A stretch of 63,732 bases of DNA, filler included, from Chrysochromulina tobinii (GCA_001275005.1; 5 parts of 5 records of this genome joined end to end with filler, not necessarily neighbours in it), one strand, 5' to 3'; positions 22,167 through 35,210 are shown, counted from the first letter of the whole stretch. Notes: generated by a model from the letters alone, not told the origin. Numbers and translations: made by a program.

Positions 22167-23803
22167 CCCCAGCTGCAAGTGCTTTGGGGACGTGCCCACC
22201 TCGATGAGCCTCTGCGGAGAGCTGAAGCGCATGACAACGTGCCTGGGCACCTACTTGCTGGCGCCGCAACGCACTGCCTACGGGAAGCCGGTGTGGAAGC
22301 ATACGTCGGCGGACAGATGGATCGCATGGGCCACCGATGGCAAGTGGAAGGTACAGGAGGGCGTGGATGTGGGCGTAAATGCCCTAGGCTTCATGAGATT
22401 GGAGACGGCCAGTCTGCCGCACCAGTCGAGCGCGGACTGGGAGGAGGGTGACGGCAAGGGTTGGCAGAAGGCCCTCAGCTGCAAGTGCTTTGGGGACGTG
22501 CCCACCTCGTTGAGCCTCTGCGGAGAGCTGGAGCACAAGACGGAGTGCCTGGGCACCTACTTGCTGGCGCCGCAACGCACTGCCCACGGGAAGCCGGTGT
22601 GGAAGCATGCGTCGGAGGACAAATGGATCGCATGGGCCACCGATGGCAAGTGGGCGCTACAGCCGGGGGCGAATGTGGGCGTCAATGCCTCAGGCTACAT
22701 GCTCTTGCAGGACACGTCGGCCAGTCTGCCGCACCAGTCGAGCGCGGACTGGGAGGAGGGTGACGGCAAGGGTTGGCAGAAGGCCCTCAGCTGCAAGTGC
22801 TTTGGGGACGTGCCCAACTCGATGAGCCTCTGCGGAGAGCTGAAGCGCATGACAACGTGCCTGGGCACCTACTTGCTGGCGCCGCAACGCACTGCCAACA
22901 GGAAGCCGGTGTGGAGGCATACGTCGGCGGACAGATGGATCGCATGGGCCACCGATGGCAAGTGGAAGGTACAGGAGGGCGTGGATGTGGGCGTCAATGC
23001 CTCAGGCTTCATGAAATTGGAGACGGCCAGTCTGCCGCACCAGTCGGCCGCGGTCTGGGAGGAGGGTGACGGCAAGGGTTGGCAGAAGGCCCCCAGCTGC
23101 AAGTGCTTTGGGGACGTGCCCACCTCGATGAGCCTCTGCGGAGAGCTGGAGCATTGGCCGCCGGAGTGCCTGGGCACCTACTTGCTGGCGCCGCAACGCA
23201 CTGCCAACAGGAAGCCGGTGTGGAAGCACGCGACGGAGGACAGATGGATCGCGTGCATCTCCACTGGTATTTGGAAGGTACAGGAGGGCGTGGATGTGGG
23301 CGTTAAAGACGCAGGCTTCATGACATTGCAGGACACGACGGCCAGTCTGCCGCACCAGTCGAGCGCGGTCTGGGAGGAGTATGATTTCAGAGTCTGATGG
23401 CAAGGGTTGGCTCAAGGCCGCCACTTTGCAGTGCAGCCAGTCTCCCCACGTGCAATCCCGGGGTGCGATGGGCGCATCGTGCAGTAGCTGCGGGCGTCGC
23501 GATGAGTCCCGAACCGATCCACTCGCTATCATGCGGGCGGTCGACGAAGCCACGTTCGCGTCCCTCGAGGCGGAGGCGAAGACGGCCGAAGTGCTCCTAC
23601 CGAAGCACGCGGTCGCGCCCACCGTCCTGCGCCCGTCACCATCGCGCATATCGCCTCGAGCTTCCGCGCTCCAGCGCTTGCCAGAATACCCATTTGGAGA
23701 GACGTCGTCCGTGGCACCGCCGCCCTCGTCGAATGGGCACACCAACGGCACGGCTCACGGCGGGGAACATCTCTACCATAAAGCCTGGTGCGGGCGGGGC
23801 TGA
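22167..23803 (+). CDS. Tandem-repeat protein (four ~103-aa Trp/Cys-rich units), 5'-truncated, with a frameshift near 23378-23398
   Basis: Four ~310-nt near-identical units (CKCFGDVPTSMSLCGEL...YLLAPQRTA.GKPVWKH...RWIAW...LPHQS...WEEGDGKGW); the last unit continues in another frame (SDGKGWLKA). Confidence 0.65.
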
Positions 23804-24172
23804 CCTAGGGGTCCTGGGGGCGGGGTGATGTGTGTGTCGCTGTGCGGTCGGTGGGAGAGCTTACCGGATCCCGACGGCGGGGAACATGAGGCAATCAAAT
23901 CGCATGCATAACAGCCGAGCGCTAGGACACCTGCGTGCCAGTGCCGGGACTGTGTCGCTCGTGATCGTGATGGCGGCCGTTTTCCATACATTTTTTTCTG
24001 GGTTGTGAACGTTTAGATACAGCCGGTAGCCTAAGTATGTACCCCGTTCTACTTCTAGCTTCGTGTACGTGGTACGTTTATCGTTTCGTTTGGCGGTGAC
24101 TGAGTCGGCGCCGGGCGTCTGCATTGTTTGGTCGAATTGTGAAGCTTGCATGAGACCCCCCCCCCTTTGGGG

Positions 24173-25951
24173 TTACCTTTTGAGCGTGCTCGCGTACACG
24201 CCCACAAAGGCCACCAGGAACAGGAGCCCTGCCCAGGCGAGGCCCTGCATCCAGACCGACGGACGGTGCGCCTTGGGAAAGGAACTGCGCATCACGAGCC
24301 AAAACGTGACGGCGCCGAAGGCAGGCGCGGCGACGAACGAGAGGGTGGTGGCCATGTCGATGAGCGCGGGCAGGCTGCCGGGGAAGAGCACGAGGAGAAG
24401 GTAGGAGGAGACGGTGGTGAAAGCGAGGGAGACTGCGTACGCGCACTGCTGGGTGTTCGGCTCGATTGTGATGACTGTGACGGAAGTGATGCTGACGTCG
24501 AGGGCCGCGCCGTCGGATGGTTTGCAATTGAAGAGTGCCTGCAGCGAGCGCGAGATGATGCGGGCGTAGGCGTCGAGGATTGTGATGCACGTACCGAGCA
24601 TCGCGCACGCCGCGGATGTAGCGACCACTGGCCAGGCCCATGCGCCCAGGCTGCGGCTATACAGGTCCACGACCGCCGCGGCGAGCGCCGCCGAGCCGTT
24701 GGGCAGCACCTGATGAGGGAGGTCATCAGAGCCAATCAAGAGCCATCAACGGGAAGGCCGTTGGGAAGCACACCTCTCCCGGAGTCGTGATGAGGGAGGT
24801 CATCAGATCAAATCAACAGCCAAGCAAGAGGAGGGCCGTTCACACCTCTCCCGAGTCGTGAAGCAGCAGCACGCCGAGCGCGAGGAAAGCGAGCGCGAGC
24901 GCCGCCGTGAGCGCATAGCCCGCCCCAAACTCAAGGAGCGACTCCCTGAGGCTAGGGTGCAGGCCGCTCGTCCGATACCTACGCGGAGAGACGCCATCAA
25001 GAGTCATCAGAGGGCGAGGGAGATGAAGAGAGAGAGAGAGAGAGCGAGGCCATCGAGAGCCATCAGGAGTCATCAAGGCGCGCGCACCGCTCGACCGCCC
25101 AGAGGGAGCTCGCAATCGAGCGTCATCAGTGGCAATCAGGAGTCATCAAGGCGCGCGCACCGCTCGACCGCCCAGAGGGAGCTCGCAATCGAGCCTCATC
25201 AGTGGCAATCAGTGGCAATCAGTCGTACGCACCGCTCGACCGCCCAGAGGGAGCTCGCAATTGAGCCTGTGTCGACCGGGATCGGCATCCACCCCATCAG
25301 AGCCACCAAGAAACGGATGCCGTCCTCGTCCCATGGGTCCGCTTCCACAGCCGCTTCCACAGCTGCTGGCGCCTCGGCGTCGACCGGTGCGGCGCTGCCG
25401 TTGGCTGCGGTGGAGGCGACGGCGCGGGGCGTGCGTGGGGCGGCGACGAGCGCGGCGCCGAGCGCGGCGAGCGTGCAGACGGTGAGGAGCACGGTGATGG
25501 CCTTAGTGATGCGATCAAGCATTGAGAAGCGCCCACTTAGCAGCACGAGAGAGCAAACTAGGTAGAGCACCGCGACAGTCGAGCCCGGGCCGAACATACC
25601 GTCCTCTCCTAGCGAAAGGAGGTTGTCGATAAAGGCGCCGGTCGTGAGGGCCACGGCAGCGGTGATGACAGGGCACGAGGCGACTTCGAAGATCGTGAGC
25701 AGCATGATGGCGCAGCGACCGAGCGAACAATAGCCATCGACGAGTGAGGTGCCCGTCACGTTGGCATATCGCGAAGAGAACTCAAAGAATGGATACTTGA
25801 ACAAATTCGATGCGCAGATGGCCCACGTGTTTGCCCAGCCGTACTTGGCTCCCGAGCGCGTGCTCTGGACGAGGTGCGAGACGCCGATGGCTGTGCTGGC
25901 AAACATGACTCCTGGGCCAAGCAGCTTGCATGCTCGATCAAACCGTGACAT
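24173..25951 (-). CDS. NRAMP/MntH-like divalent metal transporter (prokaryote-like subfamily); 3 exons (introns 24979-25232, 24710-24845)
   Basis: LGPGVMFASTAIGVSHLVQSTRSGAKYGW, NLFKYPFFEFSSRYA, LVALMGWMPIP, LIDMATTLSFVAAP; exons join in frame. Confidence 0.8.
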
Positions 25952-26274
25952 ATTGACGCTGGCTGTGCCGCTCGCCGCCCTGGACATTGACTGGATATGG
26001 ATGGGAGTGTCAGTGGAGGAGCCGCATGAGCCGCGCGAAGGTGTCCGCTTAAATGGACTCGGAAACCTTCTAAACTTCGATGTATCATGTGGACCAACGC
26101 GGGTAGGTCCTGCGGACTTGTCTGCAAATGAAACCTTAGCTCGCCTGATATCTCTTTGAGTAATTGTTCCGGCGGCGCCGCGCATTCGTTGCAAAATTCT
26201 GTCCTGCATGCCGAAAGAAAGAGAAACGTAGCCGTGAATGAACTCGTGAATGCGAAACATTTTGCCGCAAAACT

Positions 26275-28084
26275 TCACCCCCACCGCGATCTACGCGCTG
26301 CTGCGCCCCCCTCGCTTGCGGCCCCGTGCGCCGCAGGGGTGTCTCGCGCGGGCGGGAAGCGACGTCGCCTATTCGAATTCGTCACCGCGTCGTCCCGGGC
26401 GTCGTTGGCGGCAGCGTGCGCCCCTCTGCTCGATCGACGCGAAACGCTCCACACGACAGCGCCCTGATGACGCATGCGAGGCTCGAGCAGCTCGAGCACG
26501 TCCTTGAAGCCGTTCGCATGCAAGACGCACGGCACTTCGCCGGTTGGCCGGAAGGCAAGCCGACCGTCCGGACGTAACGTCACATCCTTTTGGCAACAGT
26601 GGCAATCAGTGGGCATCAGTGGCAATCAGTGGCACTCAGTCCGGACGTAACGTCACGTCCTTTTGGCAACAGTGGTCATCCGTGGCACTCAGTGGCAATC
26701 AGTGGTAATTCACCTCGGCTCCTAGCGAGTCCAAATGGAGGAACAAGGTGGCAATCAGTGGCAATCAGTGGCAATCAGTGGTAATTCACCTCGGCTCCGA
26801 GCGAGTCCAAATGGAGGAACAAGGTGCCGTTAGTGTCGAGGGCATGCGAGGGCGCGTGCCTACGCGAGGCGAGCGCGGCTTGCAGGCATGCCTATGTGCG
26901 AAATGGCGCCGTGGTGAGCACTTGCATGCGAAGGCGCGGGTGCGGGCCCGCGGGCGGCGAACGCGGCCTGCAGGCATGTCTATGTGCGATGATGGCGCCG
27001 TGGTGAGCACTCGCCTGGTCCTCGACGGCGCACGGCACCGGGCGTGTGAAGGTGCGCGGCGGTCGGCATGACGTGCACGGATCGAGTTGGTAGCCGCCCA
27101 CCTGATGAGGGAGGCAATCAGAGGCGCAATCAGAGGCGCAATCAGAGACGCAATCAGCATGCAAAGCACGGATCGAGTTGGTAGCCGCCCACCTGATGAG
27201 GGATGCAATCAGCATGCAATGCACGGATCAAGCGGGTAGCTGCCCACCTCGCCCTCGAATGCACAACACGGGAAGCGTGGGGACGCTTGACGCAACGAGC
27301 GCGCGAGGGCCTCAAACCCCGCGAGGGTACCTGATGAGGGAGGCAATCACCCGCACTCAGTGGCAATCCCATGCAATCCGAGGGCCTCAATCCCCGCGAG
27401 GGTACCCATCACGAGACCCTAATTAGGATGGCAATCAAGAGCCATCAAGAGTCATCAAGACTCGCGAGCACACCCATCACGAGACCCTAATTGGATGGCA
27501 ATCAAGTCATCAAGGCTCGCGAGCGCACCCATCACAAGCCCCGAATTAGGATAGTACTGGCGTGTGCGGCGTGCCGTGTACTTGACCTTCCACGGCAGCC
27601 GTGGGTCGGGTCCGAAGGGATCGTGCGCGTCGCGGGGCAGCGGATACCATTTGCGCTCGCCGCCAACCACGAGCGGCGCGCCGCCAAAGCGCGTCCGGAA
27701 TCGCTCCTGCAGCTCATCGGCATCGCACTGGAAGATGACATCGGTGTCGGAGAGGAGCGCGAGCGAGGAGGCTGTGCGCGAGTGCTGCTGCTGCTGGTCC
27801 TGGAGGCCGTCGCGCTGCTGCGGGCCCTGGCTGCCGCGCCGCCACGCTTCGAGCATCCAGTCATACTTGTAGCACGCGTTCGCACTCCACGGCGCTCGGT
27901 AGCAGCACTCGAGCGCCTCGCGCTGGGCGGTGACGTTGATCACGACGCGCCGCGGCGGCGCGCCGACGGTGATCTGCTCCGAGGCCCAGCCGGCATGCGC
28001 GCGGTAGAGCGTCTTGGCCGGCGGCTCGTTCCAGGCGTCGGCTCGGTTGGTGTGCAAGAAGACGTCAAGGGCGCTCGGCTTCAT
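26275..28084 (-). CDS. PLOD-type GT-A glycosyltransferase-like protein; 5 exons (introns 27331-27528, 27102-27247, 26892-27014 GC-AG, 26587-26789)
   Basis: SDTDVIF, LVVGGERKWYP, YPNSGLVMG|T, EDQ|A, LDTNGTLF, VLHANG: the motif order of PLOD glycosyltransferase domains appears after splicing. Confidence 0.7.
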
Positions 28085-28304
28085 TGCTAATCGTCGTGAA
28101 AAGAAAGAATGATTAATTTTCGTGCGAATAACGCCCCAGACCTTAATAAACAAAACGAGGGACGCCCGCGATGTAAGTGTTCGAAGAAAACAGGCCACGA
28201 CTTCCAAATTTGGGTTGTCCCGAATCCTGAAGGAGCGAAGGAGCGTCAGCGTCTTGGTGCTGGTGAAGACCCCGTGCTCCTTGCGACTTCTCGCGCCGGG
28301 CGCG

Positions 28305-29755
28305 ATGCTCTACTCGCAGCAGCTAACCGGCGGTGGGGAGAGGCGTAGCGTCGTGCCACCGCCGCAAAAGGTCGACCGCAGCTGCCTCGACAAGATCTTC
28401 TTCAAAGCGGAGTCGCTCGAGATCATCCTGTACGAGTTCGGCGCGGACATGTCGAGTTTGGCGAGCGACGGGCAGTACTGGCGCAGCGTCTTCGGCGGCG
28501 CACGCATCGTGCTCGGCACCATCCGCTGCTCGCCGAACGTGTTCCTCACGTTCCGCTACTTGCTGCTCAGCGCGACGGCGTGTTGTCTCTACTTCCAGGT
28601 GACGACCAACTCGGCGACGGTAGACTACCACGTGCTTCTGTACTTTGACGTGTGGATCGGCATCGTGATGTGCCTGTACTTCCTCCTCGCCACCGCCCTC
28701 TCCACAATCGCCGTCTGCACGAGTGGCCCACCCTCGCGCAGGACGCCGTTCGTCGTCCGTCTCACAGAGATCCTGTACGGGATGCTGCTGCCGTCGGTGT
28801 GGGTCAACATGCTCAACACGTTCTGCGTCGAGGTGGCACACTACCGGAACTGCGTCCCCTCGATCGCCCAGCACGCGGACTGGCGCGTCTACGAGCAGCT
28901 TGGTCTCGACGGCGCGCTGCTTGGCATTTTCATGCTCGACGCGACCTTCAATAGGCAGCCGTACTATGCGTTGTTCCACGCGGTCTTCGGGCTGTGCTTC
29001 TGTTTCTTCTACTTGGGGTTCACGGGCGTGTACCAGGCGGTCGGAGGCACCGACGTGTGGGGCCACTCGTAAATCTACCGCTGCCTCGAATGGATATCTG
29101 ATGCCCTCTGATGCCCTCTGATGAGCCATGATTGCCTCTTGAGGACCTCTGATGACCCCTAATTGCCTCCCTTATCAGGTACATCTACCGCTGCCTCGAC
29201 TGGACCGTGCCGCTCGACGGCGCACGAAGCGCCACGGGCAAGCTGCTGATGATGAACTTCTTCATCATCGTGCCGCTGCTCAACTTCACGTATTGGTTCC
29301 TTTTATGGGCGCGCCGACGCACACTCGCACTCGGCAAGATGCCCACGACCGAGCGCGGCGCGGCGCTCCTTTCCCCACAGCCCGTGCCTGCGGGCCGTCG
29401 ATGGCTCTTTGAGCACAGCGCGGACTATCGCGACCTGCGGCTCGACGGCCGTCACTGGCAAGCCCAGTTTGGAGGGGCGAGCCGCCCGAATGACGAACCC
29501 GTAGGCGCGTACGTGTGCTGCAACTCGGTCGCCTTTGCCGTCACGCGCTTCCTCTTCGCCCTCGTCGCGTGCCTCCTCCTTGAGGCTCGTATCTTCCAAT
29601 TTTGGAATGCCTACCCCGACCGGTGGTGGTGCGTTGCTGCCGCCCCCCGCCCCCGACCGCCGCCCCCGACCGCCGCCCCCGACCGCCGCCCTCGACCGCC
29701 GCCCCCGACCGCTCCCCCCGAACCCCTCCCGCCCCTATCCCCCTGCCCCCGACTC
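28305..29755 (+). CDS. Rolling-stone-like multi-pass membrane protein, 3'-truncated; intron 29069-29178
   Basis: Hydrophobic helices, FYLGFTGVYQAVGGTDVWGHS|YIYRCLDW; a second similar domain appears to begin before the gap. Confidence 0.55.
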
Positions 29756-29855
29756 NNNNNNNNNNNNNNNNNNNNNNNNNNNNNNNNNNNNNNNNNNNNT
29801 TAATTAATTAANNNNNNNNNNNNNNNNNNNNNNNNNNNNNNNNNNNNNNNNNNNN

Positions 29856-32800
29856 AGGAGGAAGAGGATGACGAGGAGGAGGGGGAGGAGGAAGAGGAGG
29901 AGGAGGAGGAGGAGGAGGAGAAGGAGGAGAAGGAGGAGAAGAAGGAGAAGAAGGAGAAGAAGAAGAAGAAGGAGAAGAAGGAGGACAAAGTTGAGCCTGG
30001 CCGGACAATCGTGCAAGAGGCCGGCGTGAAGAAGACGCAAAAGGGGAAGACGAGTGAGACGGTCGCGAAAGGCGAGCCGGGGGAGGACGGGGCGATGCCC
30101 GTGCTGGTCACTCCCGAAGGCCTCTCGCCGACGGAGGCGTGGCTGCTCCGCTGGGTGCGCGCCGTCGTGGCGCTCTATGAGGCCAGCTCGCAGGTGGAGC
30201 CGTACAAACTGCGGCTGAGGGAGAAGCAACGGCAGTTGGCGCGGCTGCAGCGCGACCAGGAGAGGTCCGTCGAGGAGAAGCATGAGGAGGCCCTCAAAGC
30301 CGCATCCGACCACGGCATCCCGAGCGACCTGTTCCCCGTCAATGAGCCGTGGAGCCTCTTCCCTTGGTACGAGCAGCTCGGACCGCGCGCGGATGCAGAG
30401 GAGAGCCTCCGACTCGCCATCGGGTTGCGTGACCTCGAGAGGTTAGGCAAGTACCTGCAGCTGGGCGCGGAGCGGGGGCTGCGCAAGCACAACTCAAGGA
30501 TCTTCTACGAGGCGTCCGAGCTCGCGGACTTGCTCGAGGCCGAGGGAGTGGCGTCGAAGCGATCTCGGGCTATAGGGCTCAACGACGATGTGCCGTCGGC
30601 GGATCCGGACTTGGCGGACGCCCAGCTAGCCCAGCTGGCGCGCTCGCCGGCCGCGCCACCGCCGATTATGCGTGAGAAGACGGAGACGATCCGCCATCGG
30701 CTCAACGACGCTCTGTCGGCGTTCATCGAGGAGGTGGATACGAGCATCCTCGAGAGGCCGCCCGTGCAGGAGCCGCTCGTGCGCCTGCTCACCAAGCGTG
30801 CTGAGCAGTGGGCGCGTCTCATTCACACGGGGCGCGACGCCGAGCGGCGCGACCTGATCCTAAGCATGGTGACCGACGCGGTCGGGCTCTCGTCGATGCA
30901 GACTGAGCAGAGCAAGGAGCAGGAGCAGGAGAAGGAGCAGGAGCAGGAGCAGGAGCGCGAGATCGAGATGGAGCGCTACGTGGACATGGCGTACCTGCGT
31001 GACAATGAGGAGCCCATGCGATGGGCCTTCTGTACGCTGGGCGAGGCGCGATCTCCCGGGCTCGTCGAAGCGAGCAGCGCCGCCGAGGCGAGCGTGCCCG
31101 TGCCGGCGCCCTTCAAAGACGGCAGCTTCTACGCGGCCTCGTCGTTCAAGCTGCACGCGCGCACGCCGCTGCCCTTCCCACAGTACCTGTGCATGAGCCG
31201 TAACCACTTCAATCTCGAATGGGTGGGCGAGCGTCGGCTCAAGAATGCAGTCATGGTGCTCGAGTGGGTACCCTCCGTCTCGCAGCTCGCGCCGCTGCCC
31301 ACGCGCAACGACAGCATGAGCGACGCGCAAAAGGCGCGGCTGCAGTCGGCGCTGCGCCTGCTCGACCTGGACTGCTCGGGCAGCTTCGATCGCGCCGAGC
31401 TGCGCGAGGTGCTGCGCTCTGCTGAGGACCTTCAGCTCTCCGAGGCGGAGCTCGACGACCTGCTCGCCGAGCACGGCGAGGAGCTCTCCTACGACGTGCT
31501 GCACGACGTGCTCACGTCGGGTCGGTACCGGCGCACTGACAAGGGCCGTTACTTTGTGCTGCTCTCGCTCGCCGAGGCCGAGACGGTGCGAGCGATCATG
31601 CACATGCGCCAGGGGCGCGCGCTCGTCGAGGGCGCGGACGTCGCGCTCGCGCTGCGCTGCTTGCCGGCGGGCGACGCCGTCTTCGACGCGAGCGACAACT
31701 TCCCGATCCCGCCACGCTACCAAGCGAGCGTGAGCTACAATTGCTTCCGATTCATCGACTCGACGATGCACTTCAAGCCGGATGAGCTCAACGTGCTGCT
31801 GAGGTCCATCCCGGCGAAGCCCGTCACGCGCCGCCTCTTCTTCGCGATGGTCGTCGCGTGCCGCCGGCGTCTTCGGAAGAATTGGGAGGCGACGCCGCTC
31901 GCGAAGCTCTTCACCCTCGAGGACGAGTGGTCGATGCTCAAGCTGCGCGCCCAGGTGGCGCGCACGCGCGAGGCCATCCGGAAGCGCGGCCTGCTGCTGC
32001 ACGACGCGTTCCTCAAGTTCGACTACTCTCGCACGGGCATGCTCACGCTGGCGGAGGTGTACGGAGCCTTCGAGTGGCTGCGCATCCCTGTGGAGCCAGC
32101 GGAGGTCCTCTTTTTCGTGCGCTCGGTGAGCCGCGAAGACCACGTCACGTACAACAACTTCATGGAGCTCCTCTGCCCGCCCGATGAGGAGGCGGCGAGT
32201 TTTGCACTCCTCGAGGGCGCTGCGGCCGAGGCCGATGGGGAGCTGCCCAGCACGGCGCTACCGGTCGATCCGTCGACGCCGGCGCTCGTGCGCCAGCTCA
32301 GCCGCGTCGCCCCCAAGGGGTCCGCCGTGCTCTCGGACCTGTCGCTGCAAATGGACCTGGAGGAGGCGGAGGTGGAGAAGGAGTTCAAGCGGCAGCTCAA
32401 GCTGATCGAGATCGAACGGGAGGCGCGCCAGCGCGAGCAGGCGGTCATGGCGGACTTCCACTGGCTGCGCTCCACGCGCAAGCCGGGCAAGCCGCCATAC
32501 CTGGTGACGCGCCACAGCTGCTACTACGACTGCGCGCGCGGCAAGGAGGGGCACGCGGACGGGCTCCCGATTGGTCTCGAAGGGCGTGGCAAGGTGCGCT
32601 ACGTGCGCCAGGGCGAGGCGCGCGTGCCCTGCCTGCGGCTGCCGCACCAGAGCTTCTTGGTCGCGCGCGTCCCCTTTAGCAAGAACGGTGGCGGCGACCA
32701 CCTCAACCAATTCACAGTGACGATGCAGGTCAAGTTCACGGTGGAGCTGCCGAAGCACCTGACCTCGACCGCGGGCTTCGACACGTGGTCCAAGCTGCAG

Positions 32801-34614
32801 GAGGGTGATCTCCCTTCCCAGCTGCGGATCACCTCGCATCACGGAGGGTCGGGTCGGCTGGGCGCGCACGACTGCTACGGAGACGCGAGCAGCCCGCAGA
32901 TCCGCCTTGATGAGTGGTTCACCATCTCGGCGAGCGTGGACACCGCGGCGGGCGTGATGCTCACCTACGTCGATGGTCGACTCGCGTCCACGGTCAAAGG
33001 CATCCCGGAGCTGTGCAAGGACGGCCAACATGCGATCAAGCGGCGGCTCGCGCTCTTTTGGACCAAAGAAGCTGATCAGTACTCGGACGCGTTCGTGTAC
33101 GTGCGCTCGGTGGCCGTGCACGCGCTCGTGCTAGATAGCGAGCAGGTGCGCAAAGGAGCTCTCGCGCGCCTCGTGATTGCCTCCCTCACCATGATTGCCT
33201 CCCTCCTCAGGTGCGCAAGGAACATGAGGTGCTCCACAGCCTCCTGATCGAGGACACCATCGCCTCGACGCCGAGCTTTCTGCAGCCGACGCTCTCCGCC
33301 GCCCACGCCGATGCGCCGTTTGCGTCCACGACCGCCGTGCGCTCCCGTCTCAGTGCGATGGTGAAGCGGGGCCTCGAGGCGGGAACAGACCTCTGGGCCG
33401 CGCTGCAGGCGCGCGACCAGGCGGCCCTCAAGACCCTCGCGCAGAAGCTCGATGCTCCTCAGATCGAGATGTGCGCCAAGTGGCGTCTGCGCGACGCCGA
33501 GGGCATCGTGTGCCCTCGGGACGAGGCAGCCGCCCCCTTTGGCGAGACTCTCGCGCATGCATGCGCCTTCGCGGGCGCGATGGGCCTACCACTGCTCCAA
33601 CGGCTCCTCGGTACGAGTGCGAAGGCGGACCTCGCGCGCCGTCGTGGCATCTCGAGCGGCTTCACGGTGCTGCACAGCGCCGTGGCGGGCGGTCACCTCG
33701 AGGCCTGCCGGCTGCTACTGGACGCCGGCGCCAAGGTGAACACGAGCAGCTCAACACGGCGCACAGCCCTCTGGACTGCATGCGTCAAGGGGCTCCACGA
33801 CGTGGCACTGCTGTTGCTCGAGCGTGGCGCCGACCCATATGCCGCGCCGCAGGGCGCCGAATCGGCTGTCGATGCACTGCGGCGCATCGGCGGCAAGGCC
33901 GCGATGGCGCTGCACGCCGAGCTCACCAGCCGTAGCAATGGGCGCAGCTCGGCGCCGAGCTCGGGACCGAGCTTAGAGGGCTGTCCAGTGGCGTTGCCGG
34001 CGGCAGCGGCTAGGGACGGCGCCGGTCCGAAGCGTGGGGCTGCCGAATCTGCCGAATCTGCCGATGCCGAGCTCAACGGAGAGGAGGGCGACGAGGGTGA
34101 GGAGGAGGAGGAGAGCGAGGAGGAGGAGGAGGAGGAGGCGGAGCGTGAGGCTCGAAAGGCCCTTGCTGCTGCCGCGCCCAAAGATATTCTCGTGCCCTCG
34201 CTCCATCCGCACCCGCTCGAGCCTTGCCATCAGCATCGATACTGTAACGTGCGTGGACCCGGGTGCAAATTCAGCCCGACGGCGTTCTCGTGCATCGAGT
34301 GCACGTGGGACGTGTGCCAGGTGTGCTTCGACCGCGCGCCGCGCGAGGGGATCGAGTCGGTCGTGTGTGCCGCCAAGGACAGCGTCGCCGACCTGCTGCA
34401 CGAGATCTCACAAGCGACGCACGACCCGGATGAGGGCGATACAGGAGAGGACGACGTGGGCGACGCGATGCTCGACGATGAGGACGGCGATGAGGACATG
34501 CTCCGCCTCTTCTCGGAGGCGCAGCGCCAGACTGCGAATGGCCGGCGCTCCGATGACCACGGGAGAGGACGCCACGATTACGACACGGGAGATGACGACG
34601 ATGAGGACTACTGA
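29856..34614 (+). CDS. Large multidomain protein, 5'-truncated: EQEQE motif, EF-hand pairs, LamG-like domain, ankyrin repeats, ZZ-like Cys/His finger; intron 33146-33210
   Basis: DLDCSGSFDRAE and DYSRTGMLTLAE EF-hands; WFTISASVD...TYVDG LamG-like; TVLHSAVAGGHLEACRLLLDAGA ankyrin; HPHPL...CNV...CIECTWDVCQVC. Confidence 0.75.
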
Positions 34615-35210
34615 GGGCGGTGAAGGTACAATCATGTACTCGTGGTGAAGTTACAATCATGTACTCATACGAGTAGAAGTGTAAGTTCGAGGACTGACTG
34701 TGGGGGGTCAAATGATGAGCTAGCTCTTTGCTCAAAACAACACGGTCGCAAAAGTACCTACCCAGCCGCCTGCCGTACCGCGTACGCTCAAAAGTCAGCC
34801 GAACAATGCTGACGCTCTAGAACCTCCGCTCTATCCACTATCGGGTTCATGATCGGGTTATGCAAGTCGAAAAAAAGTGAAAACTGTCAAGACACATGCG
34901 ACGAGGCGGACTGCAGAATCCTGAGATTTTTTCGCACATGAGGCAAGGGACAAGGAGATACATGTAGTTACTTGCTTGGGGGTTCGAGTCCGCCCCGGCA
35001 TTGCATGCATGCGTCTTGAAAATCGGTAGAAGTTGAAGAGATGCGCGCTTGCTTTTCGTCGGCTGTTTTTTGAGCGCGTCGTCATGCGCATCGACGTCTA
35101 CATATCTGCATTGCGTGTGCCGTGATTGGTGCCAATCAAGGCAAAAGTGCCGTGTGCTGCCCGAAAGGGGCTCGGTTGAGCCGACATAGCATCGCCGACT
35201 GGCGTGCACG

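Noticed and set aside
34978..34996. GGTTCGAGTCC B-box/T-arm-like motif (similar at ~47050 and ~47080)
   Set aside because: I could not fold a cloverleaf or place an A-box, so no tRNA or SINE is supported.
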